Assembly: GCA_965250285.1 (NCBI GenBank)
Contig: OZ252299.1
Span: 192,001-256,000 of the forward strand
Source of the DNA: Myxococcota bacterium
GTDB lineage: Bacteria > Myxococcota_A > UBA9160 > UBA4427
Length of the DNA: 64,000 nt
Direction of reading: 5' to 3'
The position numbers and the translations under genes are program-made. The notes beneath the pieces are model-generated. The model saw only the letters and a list, made by a program, of their open reading frames with translations, made no database searches and was not told the DNA's origin. Numbering within the stretch: position 1 is the stretch's first letter; every line of letters begins with the position of its first letter. Below, one piece after another: positions 30,740 to 39,180 of this stretch.

Positions 30740-31390
30740 ATGGGCTCCGCGAGCGAAGGCAACGCATACCACCACGGGAATCTGCGCGAGGCGCTGGTGG
30801 CGGCGGCGGTCGAGATCCTCGAGCGCGACGGGGTCGCCGGGCTCGGCCTGCGCGGCGCCGCGCGCGCGGCCGGCGTTTCGCAGACGGCCCCCTACCACCA
30901 CTTCGGCAGCAAGGAGGGGCTGCTGGCCGCGGTGGCCGCGCTCGGCTTTCGCGAGCTCAAGACCGATCAGGAGCGCATCGAGGCCGAGTCGATCGCGAGC
31001 GGGCTCGATGCCGAGGCCGCCATGTGTGAGCTCGGCATCGGCTACGTACGGATGGCGCGGCTCCACCCCGAGCTCTTCAAGCTGATGTTCGGCCAGGTCC
31101 TGCCCGATCGAGACACCTACCCCGAGCTGGTCGAGGCGTACACCGGCGCGCGTTCGTTCATCGAGCGAGCGATCCGCAACATGCTCGTCGAGCTGAAGGG
31201 GACGGCCGAGCCGGCCGAGGTCGCCCTCGCGGTGGCCGGCGCCTGGTCGAATGTTCACGGGCTCGCGATCCTGTTGATCGACGGACGCATCGTCCCCGGC
31301 GAAGAAGACATGCCGGCCGAACCCGAGCTGGTGCGCACGATCGTCGGGCGCTTCGCCCGCACCATCGACCGCGACCCCCTCGACCCCTGA
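30740..31390 (+). CDS. TetR family regulator with WHG-type C-terminal domain
   Basis: YHHGNLREAL, AGVSQTAPYHHF, AWSNVHG; divergent from the RND operon. Confidence 0.93.
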   Translation: MGSASEGNAYHHGNLREALVAAAVEILERDGVAGLGLRGAARAAGVSQTAPYHHFGSKEGLLAAVAALGFRELKTDQERIEAESIASGLDAEAAMCELGIGYVRMARLHPELFKLMFGQVLPDRDTYPELVEAYTGARSFIERAIRNMLVELKGTAEPAEVALAVAGAWSNVHGLAILLIDGRIVPGEEDMPAEPELVRTIVGRFARTIDRDPLDP

Positions 31391-31467
31391 TTCGGCGACG
31401 CTCTGCGTTCGCTCGAACGAAACGACACGCCGCACTCGCGCCGGGTGCGATCCGGAGGTTCCGAGCC

Positions 31468-32337
31468 TTGAAGTTCGTCACGTCGTTGGCCTTTGCCGAC
31501 GCCGCCCACCTCGGCCCCATCGCCTGCGCCGCCGACGAGGCGGGCTTCGACTACGTATCGCTCTCCGATCATGTCGTGCACCCCGAGACGCTGCGCACGC
31601 CGTATCCCTACACCGAGGACGGTGAGCGCCGCTGGCCCGCGTTCACCGCGTGGCCCGACCCTTGGGTCGCCATCGCGCACATGGCGGCGCAGACCGAACG
31701 GCTTCGCTTCTACACGAGCGTCTACGTGCCGGCGATCCGCTCGCCCTTCCAGGTGGCGAAGACCGTCGGGACCGCCGCCGTGCTCTCGGAAGATCGCGTG
31801 GCGCTCGGCATCGGGGCCGGCTGGAGCCGCGACGAGTTCGAGCTGATGGGGCAGCCCTTCGATGGCCGAGGCAAGCGCCTCGACGAGATGCTCGACGTGC
31901 TGCGCAAGCTCTGGGCCGGCGGCTGGGTCCAACACCACGGCGAACACTACGACTTCGATCGGCTCGAGATGAGCCCGGCGCCGAGCGAGCCGATCCCGAT
32001 CTTCGTCGGCGGCTTCGCGAAGCCGGCGCTGCGTCGCGCGGCGACGCGGGGCGACGGCTGGATCTCCGACCTGCACACGAAGGCCGAGCTCGAAGAGCTG
32101 ATCCCAGAGGTGCTGCGCCAGCGCGCCGAATCGGATCGCGCGGACGATCCGTTCACGGTGCTCGTCTCGTGCAGCGACGTGTGGGATCTCGACGGCTACC
32201 GCGCCCTCGAGGATCTCGGTGCGACGCACCTCGTGACGTTTCCCTGGGTGTTCTACGGCGCAGCCGACGACGACATCCAGGCAAAGGCCGACGGCATCCG
32301 GCGCTTCGCCGACGACGTCGTGTCGAAGATGAGCTGA
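31468..32337 (+). CDS. LLM-class (probably F420-dependent) oxidoreductase
   Basis: SDHVVHP...YPY, WPDPWVAIA, ALGIGAGW..EF, RGDGWI. Confidence 0.9.
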   Translation: MKFVTSLAFADAAHLGPIACAADEAGFDYVSLSDHVVHPETLRTPYPYTEDGERRWPAFTAWPDPWVAIAHMAAQTERLRFYTSVYVPAIRSPFQVAKTVGTAAVLSEDRVALGIGAGWSRDEFELMGQPFDGRGKRLDEMLDVLRKLWAGGWVQHHGEHYDFDRLEMSPAPSEPIPIFVGGFAKPALRRAATRGDGWISDLHTKAELEELIPEVLRQRAESDRADDPFTVLVSCSDVWDLDGYRALEDLGATHLVTFPWVFYGAADDDIQAKADGIRRFADDVVSKMS

Positions 32338-32355
32338 ACCCGAGGGCGGCGTACG

Positions 32356-33264
32356 TCAGCTGCGCAACAGCTCGGGGTTGCGCGCTTCGACCATCCGGCG
32401 GATGCCGTCCTTCCACGTCACGGTCGCCGGACCGACGAGGGACTCGAGCCGGCGCGGGTCCGCCACGGCGCTCGGGATCGCCGCCTCGCTCTGCACGAGC
32501 TTCGGCTCGAGGCCGGTCAGCTCCCCGAGATAGGCGCACCACGCTTCGATGCTCACCGCCTCGCTGCCCGTCCAGTTGACCGTCGTCGCGGGCAGCGACG
32601 CGTGGTCGAGCAGGTCGGGGATCATCCGCAGATAGTCGTCCTCGTGGATCGGGCTGTAGACGCTGGCGGGCTCGGCGCTCACCGGGATCGGCGCACCCGA
32701 CTTCATCATCATCAGGTGGAACCAGGGCCAGCCGCCGTTGTCGCCGTACGGAACGCCCAGCCGCGCGATGATCGTCGGCACCTCGAACTCGCGCGCGGCG
32801 AAGCGGGCGACGCTCTCGGCGGCGATCTTGGCGATGCTGTACGTGGGCATCATGGGGCGATGGTGGTCGCCGAGTGCATCGTCCTCGGCGCGCGGCGCGT
32901 CGCCGGCCGGTGCGTACACCGCGGTCGACGAGCAGTGCAGAAACGCCTTTGCTTCGCGGCAGCGCGCGAAGATGCGACCGACCCCCTCGGCGTTCGCGCG
33001 CAGGTCGTAGGCGAAGTCGCCGGTCTTCACGACCGCGAAGTGCAGCACGACGTCGACGTCGTCGGGGATCGCGCCGAGGTCGTCCTCGCCCATGTCGGCT
33101 GCGACCGGCGTCGCTCCGAGCGACTCGATCTGAGCGCGATCGGCCTCCTTCGAGAAGCGGGCGAGCCCGTATACACGATTCTCGCCCGCGAGATGGGCGA
33201 CGACCGGCAGCCCGACCTGACTGGTCGGGCCGGTGACCAGGATCGTGCGATCGACGAGCTTCAT
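32356..33264 (-). CDS. NAD-dependent epimerase/dehydratase family protein
   Basis: ILVTGPTSQVG, HCSSTAVY, YSIAK. Confidence 0.88.
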   Translation of the reverse strand: MKLVDRTILVTGPTSQVGLPVVAHLAGENRVYGLARFSKEADRAQIESLGATPVAADMGEDDLGAIPDDVDVVLHFAVVKTGDFAYDLRANAEGVGRIFARCREAKAFLHCSSTAVYAPAGDAPRAEDDALGDHHRPMMPTYSIAKIAAESVARFAAREFEVPTIIARLGVPYGDNGGWPWFHLMMMKSGAPIPVSAEPASVYSPIHEDDYLRMIPDLLDHASLPATTVNWTGSEAVSIEAWCAYLGELTGLEPKLVQSEAAIPSAVADPRRLESLVGPATVTWKDGIRRMVEARNPELLRS

Positions 33265-33297
33265 GGGAGACCTCGGGTTGGGGTCGCGAACGCGACG

Positions 33298-34056
33298 CTA
33301 CGAGAGCGCGCCGCCATCCATGCGGACCAGCTCGCCGTTGATGTGGACACCGTCGTCCGACGCCAGCATCGCGATGACGCCCGCGACCGACTCGGGGCCG
33401 CGCGGCTTGTCGAGCGCGACCGTGCGCAGGATCAGCGAGGTATCGACGTCCTCGGGCAGCCGGGTCGCCTTCGTCATCGGCGTGATGATGTTGCCCGGAC
33501 ACACCGCGTTCGCTCGCACCCCTTGCTTGCCGTACTCGACGGCGAGGGTGTAGGTCAGCGCGAGGACGCCGCCCTTCGACGCCGCGTACGCGGCCGACCA
33601 GGGCAGGCCGCGCAGGGCCGACGTCGACGACGTGTTGACGATGTTGCCGCCCGTCTCGAGCAGGTGCGGCAGCGCGGCCTGGCAGGCGAGGAAGGTGCCG
33701 GTCAGGTTGACGTCGAGCGAGCGCTGCCACTGGGCGAGGTCGACCTCGGCCGTTGGCTGCATGGTCGGCAGGACGCCGGCCACGTTGCACAGCACGTCGA
33801 GGCGACCGAAGCCATCGACGCAGGCGGCGATCGCGGCCTGCACCTGTGCGGTGTCGGATACGTCGCACGCGACGGCGGCGGCTTCGCCGCCGGCCTTCTG
33901 GATGGTCTCGGCCGTCTCTCTGGCCGCGTCGGCCTGGAGGTCGGCGCAAAAGACGCGCCCGCCTTCGGCACCGATGCGCTCGGCCGTCGCGCGGCCGATC
34001 CCCGAAGCCGCGCCCGTCACGAGCACGACACGATCGTCGAAGCGTCGAAGCGTCAC
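33298..34056 (-). CDS. SDR family oxidoreductase
   Basis: TGAASGIG, LCNVAG, YAASK, NAVCPG, MDGG. Confidence 0.95.
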   Translation of the reverse strand: MTLRRFDDRVVLVTGAASGIGRATAERIGAEGGRVFCADLQADAARETAETIQKAGGEAAAVACDVSDTAQVQAAIAACVDGFGRLDVLCNVAGVLPTMQPTAEVDLAQWQRSLDVNLTGTFLACQAALPHLLETGGNIVNTSSTSALRGLPWSAAYAASKGGVLALTYTLAVEYGKQGVRANAVCPGNIITPMTKATRLPEDVDTSLILRTVALDKPRGPESVAGVIAMLASDDGVHINGELVRMDGGALS

Positions 34057-34065
34057 GAAACGACC

Positions 34066-34566
34066 TCAGTGGCCCTTCGGCGCTTCGGGGGCGTGCTGCA
34101 TCTTTACCTGCTCGCGCGTGGCGAAGCTGCCTCCTGCGTCGATCCATGCCTTGATCGTCGCGCTCGCCTGGAACGCCGGGTTGTAGACGTCCTCTTCGCT
34201 CTTCCACAGTCCGTCGCCGCCGTAGACCAGGCGCGTGAAGTTCGGGAACTGGAAGGGCGGGCCGTCGGGATCGGTCGGATGGGGCAGCCGGTTCTGACAC
34301 TGAAAGACGACGGCGCCGTTCTCTTCGTCGAACACGACCCAGTCCTGGGGAAAGGTCATGTCGGGAAACGGCGCCATCACCTTGCAGATCCAGTCGGCGA
34401 TCGCGGCCCGGCCGTGCATCTCGCCGTAGGCGTGCTCGATGTAGTGGGCGTCCTCGGTGAAGCGGTTCGCCCAGATGTTCCAGTCGTTCGTGTTCTGACT
34501 TTCGATGCGCGCCTCGTTGTACTTGGCGAACGCTTCTTCGAGCTCCTGACGGGAAACCTTGGCCAT
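34066..34566 (-). CDS. SnoaL-like / NTF2-family protein
   Basis: WANRFTEDAHYIEH.YG...GRAAI, LW.SEEDVYN; AGGAG RBS before ATG 34566. Confidence 0.85.
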   Translation of the reverse strand: MAKVSRQELEEAFAKYNEARIESQNTNDWNIWANRFTEDAHYIEHAYGEMHGRAAIADWICKVMAPFPDMTFPQDWVVFDEENGAVVFQCQNRLPHPTDPDGPPFQFPNFTRLVYGGDGLWKSEEDVYNPAFQASATIKAWIDAGGSFATREQVKMQHAPEAPKGH

Positions 34567-34738
34567 GGGTGCTCCTGGGGTCGGGGGTGATGGTGCGGCG
34601 GCGTCGGGCCAGGTGGGGCCGAGTCGCGCGCAGCGGCTGATCACGCTAGCAGGGCGCCTCAGGGCCCGCTGCCAGGCTGCCGGACGCGATCGGCCACGTG
34701 GTTGAATCCGGAGATCACAGGTCCCATCCTCTCGGGCG

Positions 34739-36160
34739 ATGAGCCGCTCGATCCTGATCATCGAGGACGAGGATCTGCTGCGCAGCGAGCTCGCCCGGCA
34801 CTACGAGACCGAAGGCTGGGCGGTCGAGCAAGCAGCGAACCTCGTCGAAGCGCGGGCGGCCCTGGCCGCCGACGCGGGCACCGGTCTCGTCGTCGTGAGC
34901 GACATGAACCTCCCCGACGGCAACGCCCTCGATCTGCTCGACGAAGTGCGCGCGCGACCGAGCGGCGCCAGCGAATGGATCTTCCTGACTGGCTACGGAA
35001 CGATTCCCGACTCGGTGCGCGCGCTGCGCCTCGGGGCGTTCGACTTCCTCGAGAAGCCGTGTCCACTCGACCGACTCGACCTCGTCGTCGCCGGCGCTCA
35101 CCGAAGCGTGCGCGCACACCAACGGCTCGAAGACCAGCAGGCCCTGCAGTCGCGCCGCTTCGGCGCCAGCGCGTTCATGGGCACGAGCGAGGCGGCAGAG
35201 CGTGTCCGTGACATGCTCGAGAAGCTCGCCGGTGTCCCGTTCTCTTCGCTGGTCATCGGGGGCGAGACGGGCACCGGCAAAGGTCTCGTCGCGCGCATCC
35301 TGCACTCGACGGGCAGCCGCAGCGCCGGCCCGCTGGTCGAGATCAACTGTGCGGCGCTGCCCGCCGAGCTGCTCGAGTCGGAGCTCTTCGGCCACGAGGC
35401 AGGGGCATTCACGGGCGCGAAGGGGCGCCACCGCGGACTGCTCGAGCAGGCCCACCAGGGCACGGTCTTCCTCGACGAGATCGGTGAGATGGAGGCCCCG
35501 CTCCAGGCCAAGCTCCTGACGGCCATCGAAGACCGGGTGTTTCGCCGGCTCGGAGGCGACAAGACGATCCAGGTCGACATCCAGGTCATCGCGGCGAGCA
35601 ATCAGGATCTGTACCAGGCGGTCGCCGACGGTGGCTTCCGGGAGGATCTGTATCACCGGCTCTCGGTCGTGCAGGTCGAGCTGCCCCCGCTGCGCGACCG
35701 AATCGAAGACCTCGAGGTGCTGGTGCCGGCGTGCCTCGCCGAGTTCAACGCGAAGTCGGGCAAGCGGGTCACCAAGGTGCCCGACGAGGCCTGGCAGCGC
35801 ATGCGCAGTCATCGCTGGCCGGGCAACGTGCGCGAGCTTCGCAACGTGATCGAGCGCTGCGTGCTCTTTGCCGAGGACGAACTGCTGCCGGCCGAGTGGC
35901 TGCAGCTGGGGGACGCCCGGCCGAGCCCGGCCGATGCCGCTGCGGGCGCCGACGGGGATGCGCTGCACCTGCCCCTCGACGGCTCGATGGCCCTCGACGA
36001 CATGGAGAAGTTCATCCTCGAGACGGCGCTCGAGCGGGCGGGGCAGAACGTGGCGCAGGCAGCGCGCTCACTCGGCATGACCCGACAGACGCTGCGCTAT
36101 CGCATCCAGAAGTACGGTCTGCGCGAAGTAGTCGAGGATGGCGAGGCCGAGGCCGACTGA
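34739..36160 (+). CDS. Sigma54-dependent response regulator (NtrC/AtoC family)
   Basis: REC (IIEDE, SDMNLP), AAA+ (GETGTGK, GAFTGA, FLDEIG, FREDLYHRL, WPGNVREL) and Fis-type HTH. Confidence 0.96.
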   Translation: MSRSILIIEDEDLLRSELARHYETEGWAVEQAANLVEARAALAADAGTGLVVVSDMNLPDGNALDLLDEVRARPSGASEWIFLTGYGTIPDSVRALRLGAFDFLEKPCPLDRLDLVVAGAHRSVRAHQRLEDQQALQSRRFGASAFMGTSEAAERVRDMLEKLAGVPFSSLVIGGETGTGKGLVARILHSTGSRSAGPLVEINCAALPAELLESELFGHEAGAFTGAKGRHRGLLEQAHQGTVFLDEIGEMEAPLQAKLLTAIEDRVFRRLGGDKTIQVDIQVIAASNQDLYQAVADGGFREDLYHRLSVVQVELPPLRDRIEDLEVLVPACLAEFNAKSGKRVTKVPDEAWQRMRSHRWPGNVRELRNVIERCVLFAEDELLPAEWLQLGDARPSPADAAAGADGDALHLPLDGSMALDDMEKFILETALERAGQNVAQAARSLGMTRQTLRYRIQKYGLREVVEDGEAEAD

Positions 36161-36207
36161 CGCGTCGGCGCGCACCGCGCTCGCGGCGCGGCGGTGCGAA
36201 CCAGGAG

Positions 36208-37647
36208 ATGCCCCTCTCGATGCTGGCCGAGCGATATCCCTACTGGCTCGGAAACCGCCCAGAGCAGCCGAACGCCGATCTCGAGGTGCTCGACAAGTTC
36301 ACCGGCGAGGTGGCCACGCGGGTCGCCATGGCCGACGCCGATGCGATCGATCGCGCGATCGGACTGGCCACCGAGGCGGCCCGTCCGATGGCCGCCCTCG
36401 CTGCATACGAGCGGCAGGCCGTGCTGCAGCACTGCGTCGATCGATTCACCGAGCGCAGCGAAGAGCTGGCCGAAGCCCTCTGCATCGAGGCGGGCAAGCC
36501 GATCCGCGACAGCCGCGGTGAAGTGTCGCGTCTCGTCGACACGTTTCGCGTCGCCGCCGAAGAGGCGGTGCGGATCGGCGGCGAGGTGATGCCCCTCGAC
36601 ATCGCGGCTCGCGCGAAGGCGTACCGGGGGATGTGGAAGCGCGTTCCGATCGGTCCCTGCTCGTTCATTGCGCCGTTCAACTTTCCCCTGAACCTGGCTG
36701 CGCACAAGGTCGCGCCCGCCATCGCGGCGGGGTGCCCTTTCGTGTTGAAGCCGGCGAGCCTCACGCCGATCGGTGCACTCGTGATCGGCGAGGTGCTCGC
36801 CGAGACCGACCTGCCGGCGGGCGCTTTTTCGATTCTGCCTTGCCGTCGCGACGGCGCGGCGCTCTTCACCGAAGACGAACGTTTGAAGCTGCTCTCGTTC
36901 ACGGGCTCGCCCGAAGTCGGCTGGGATCTCAAGGCCCGGGCCGGGCGCAAGCCCGTCGTCCTCGAGCTGGGCGGCAACGCCGCCTGCGTCGTCGACGCCG
37001 ATGCCGACCTCGACGATGCCGTCGAGCGCATCTGCTTCGGCGCCTTCTACCAGAGCGGCCAGAGCTGCATCGGCGTGCAGCGCATCCTCGTGCACGCCGA
37101 CGTCTACGACGCATTCAGGGCGAAGCTGGTCGAGGCCACGAAGCAGTTGCCCATGGGCGATCCGCGCGACGAAGCGACGTTCATCGGCCCGATGATCAGC
37201 GTCGGCGAAGCCGAGCGCCTCAAGGCGTGGATCGACTCGGCGATCGCCGCCGGCGCGAAGCTGCTCTGCGGAGGCGGACGCGAGGGCACGATGCTCGAAG
37301 CGACGCTGCTCGAAGGGGTCCCGCGCAGCGAGGCCGTCTACTGCGAAGAAGCCTTCGGGCCGGTGGCGGTGCTCGCGCGCTTCGACGACTTCGACGCCGC
37401 CCTCGACGAGATCAACGACTCGAAGTTCGGGCTGCAGGCCGGGCTGTTCACGCGCGATCTCTACAAAGCCCACCGGGCCTGGGACACCCTCGAGGTCGGC
37501 GGGGTCGTGATCGGCGACGTGCCGAGCTGGCGCGTCGACAACATGCCCTACGGCGGTGTGAAGGAGAGCGGCCTCGGCCGCGAGGGCATCCGCTTCGCGA
37601 TCGAAGACATGACCGAGCTGCGACTTTTGGTGGTGCGTACACCATGA
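36208..37647 (+). CDS. Aldehyde dehydrogenase family protein
   Basis: PFNFPLNL, SFTGS, LELGGN, SGQSCI, EEAFGP, PYGGVKESG; start could be 36220. Confidence 0.95.
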   Translation: MPLSMLAERYPYWLGNRPEQPNADLEVLDKFTGEVATRVAMADADAIDRAIGLATEAARPMAALAAYERQAVLQHCVDRFTERSEELAEALCIEAGKPIRDSRGEVSRLVDTFRVAAEEAVRIGGEVMPLDIAARAKAYRGMWKRVPIGPCSFIAPFNFPLNLAAHKVAPAIAAGCPFVLKPASLTPIGALVIGEVLAETDLPAGAFSILPCRRDGAALFTEDERLKLLSFTGSPEVGWDLKARAGRKPVVLELGGNAACVVDADADLDDAVERICFGAFYQSGQSCIGVQRILVHADVYDAFRAKLVEATKQLPMGDPRDEATFIGPMISVGEAERLKAWIDSAIAAGAKLLCGGGREGTMLEATLLEGVPRSEAVYCEEAFGPVAVLARFDDFDAALDEINDSKFGLQAGLFTRDLYKAHRAWDTLEVGGVVIGDVPSWRVDNMPYGGVKESGLGREGIRFAIEDMTELRLLVVRTP

Positions 37648-38498
37648 GCCTCGACTTCTCGAAGCTCGAAGCGGCTGGCAATGCGTACCTCGTGATCGAC
37701 GGTCGCCGAGCGCCCCGCGACTGGTCGAAGCTCGCGGTTGCGATGGGCGACCCGCACTTCGGCGTCGGCAGCGACGGTCTCGCAATCGCCGAAGCGTCGG
37801 ACGTGGCCGACGTGCGCATGCGCATCTTCAATACCGACGGCAGCGAAGCCGAGATGAGCGGCAACGGCATCCGGCTCTTCGCCAAGTCGGTGCTCGATCG
37901 AGGAATTGCGCGCGTGCGGGACGGGCTGCTGCGCATCGAAACGGGGGGCGGCGTGCGCGATCTCGCGCCGCTGCGCGAGGGGGGCGAGATCGTCGGGGCG
38001 CGCGTCGCCATGGGTCAGCCGATCTTCGAGGCCGCGCGGATCCCGGTGCGGGCCCCCGACGTCGAGCCCCAGGGCATCGTGTTCGATCACCCGCTCGATC
38101 TGGGCGGAGAGGCGCTCGATGTGACGTGCCTGTCGGTCGGCAACCCCCACGCGGTTGCGTGCGTCGATGGGCCGGTCGCCTCGTTCGATCTCGCGCGGCT
38201 CGGCCCGCTCGTGCAGAACCATCCCGCGTTTCCGAACCGCATCAACTTCGAGATCATCGAGGCCGTCGATCGCGGCGCGATCCGCGCGCGCGTCTTCGAG
38301 CGAGGCGAGGGCGAGACCCTCGCCTCGGGCACGGGCAGCACGGCGTCGGTCGTCGCTGCCCGTCTGCACGGCTGGGTCGACGATCGCGTCGAAGTGCGCT
38401 TGCCCGGCGGCTCGCTCGTCGTCGAATGGGACGGCGAAGGCGAAGCCTGGCTCGAAGGCCCGGCGACGCATGTCTTCGACGGGATCTGGCCTGACTGA
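37644..38498 (+). CDS. dapF: Diaminopimelate epimerase-family protein (both active-site Cys replaced by Ser)
   Basis: K..AGN.Y, GVGSDGL, FNTDGSEAEMSGNG, VGNPHAV, FPNRINFE, ERGEGETLASGTG. Confidence 0.88.
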   Translation: MSLDFSKLEAAGNAYLVIDGRRAPRDWSKLAVAMGDPHFGVGSDGLAIAEASDVADVRMRIFNTDGSEAEMSGNGIRLFAKSVLDRGIARVRDGLLRIETGGGVRDLAPLREGGEIVGARVAMGQPIFEAARIPVRAPDVEPQGIVFDHPLDLGGEALDVTCLSVGNPHAVACVDGPVASFDLARLGPLVQNHPAFPNRINFEIIEAVDRGAIRARVFERGEGETLASGTGSTASVVAARLHGWVDDRVEVRLPGGSLVVEWDGEGEAWLEGPATHVFDGIWPD

Positions 38499-38527
38499 TT
38501 CGGGCGCGGGGCCAGGCCCCGCTCGGG

Positions 38528-39097
38528 TCACGCGCGGCAGCGAACGAACACGATCCGGTCGGCCGACTCGATGCGTGCGGCGACGTGGGTGGTGCCCCGG
38601 CGACCGCTCGCGGTCGCGCAGGTGAGCAGGCCGCTGATCCAGCCGACCAGCGACGGCGAACAAGGTCGGTGCGCCTCGAGTTCGAGCAGGTCACCGGGCA
38701 GCGCCAGGCGAGGGCGTCGCCAATGCCCGAGCCGAATCAGGCGATCGAGTCGCAGGGCGAGGCGCGTCGTGGGCGCCTCTACGAGGGCCGTGATCCGCGG
38801 CACGCTGCGGCGACCGAGCTCACGCAACACGACGGGCATGCGGCCGCCGTGGACGTCGACGATCGCTTCGATGACCCGTTCGGCGACCGCGACCGGGATC
38901 CACTGATCTTCGGTCGGTGGCTCGAAGAGCAGGGCGCGCTCCTTCCCCCGCAGCAGCGCATCGAGCGACACGATGGGCCGCCCGCGTTCGGCGACGAGCT
39001 GGCCGAGCCAGTCGACCGCCGGTGCAACGAGGTCACCGCGCACGTGGTCGCAGGGTGCGGAATGAAGCGAAACCGGGTCGCGGGACGTCGCGCGCAT
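38528..39097 (-). CDS. Hypothetical protein (possible V4R/HNOB-like ligand-binding fold)
   Basis: W.PV....R..E, LRELGR and GWISGLL patterns; ATG 39097 lies 10 nt after a sigma28-like motif. Confidence 0.5.
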   Translation of the reverse strand: MRATSRDPVSLHSAPCDHVRGDLVAPAVDWLGQLVAERGRPIVSLDALLRGKERALLFEPPTEDQWIPVAVAERVIEAIVDVHGGRMPVVLRELGRRSVPRITALVEAPTTRLALRLDRLIRLGHWRRPRLALPGDLLELEAHRPCSPSLVGWISGLLTCATASGRRGTTHVAARIESADRIVFVRCRA

Positions 39098-39107
39098 ACC
39101 CTCGTGC

Positions 39108-39133
39108 ATCGGCGCGGGCAGCGTGGGGCTTGA
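39108..39133 (-). promoter_or_regulatory. Putative sigma28 promoter
   Basis: Minus strand TCAAG-N15-GCCGAT. Confidence 0.55.
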
Positions 39134-39180
39134 CGGCCGGCTTTGCGGCGCGCGGCCCGAAGGGGGCCGAAGCGGGGCGC

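Noticed and set aside
35731..37643. Long upstream extensions of the ALDH and DapF ORFs suggesting fusions
   Set aside because: Alternative frames of neighbouring genes; real starts are at about 36208 and 37644.
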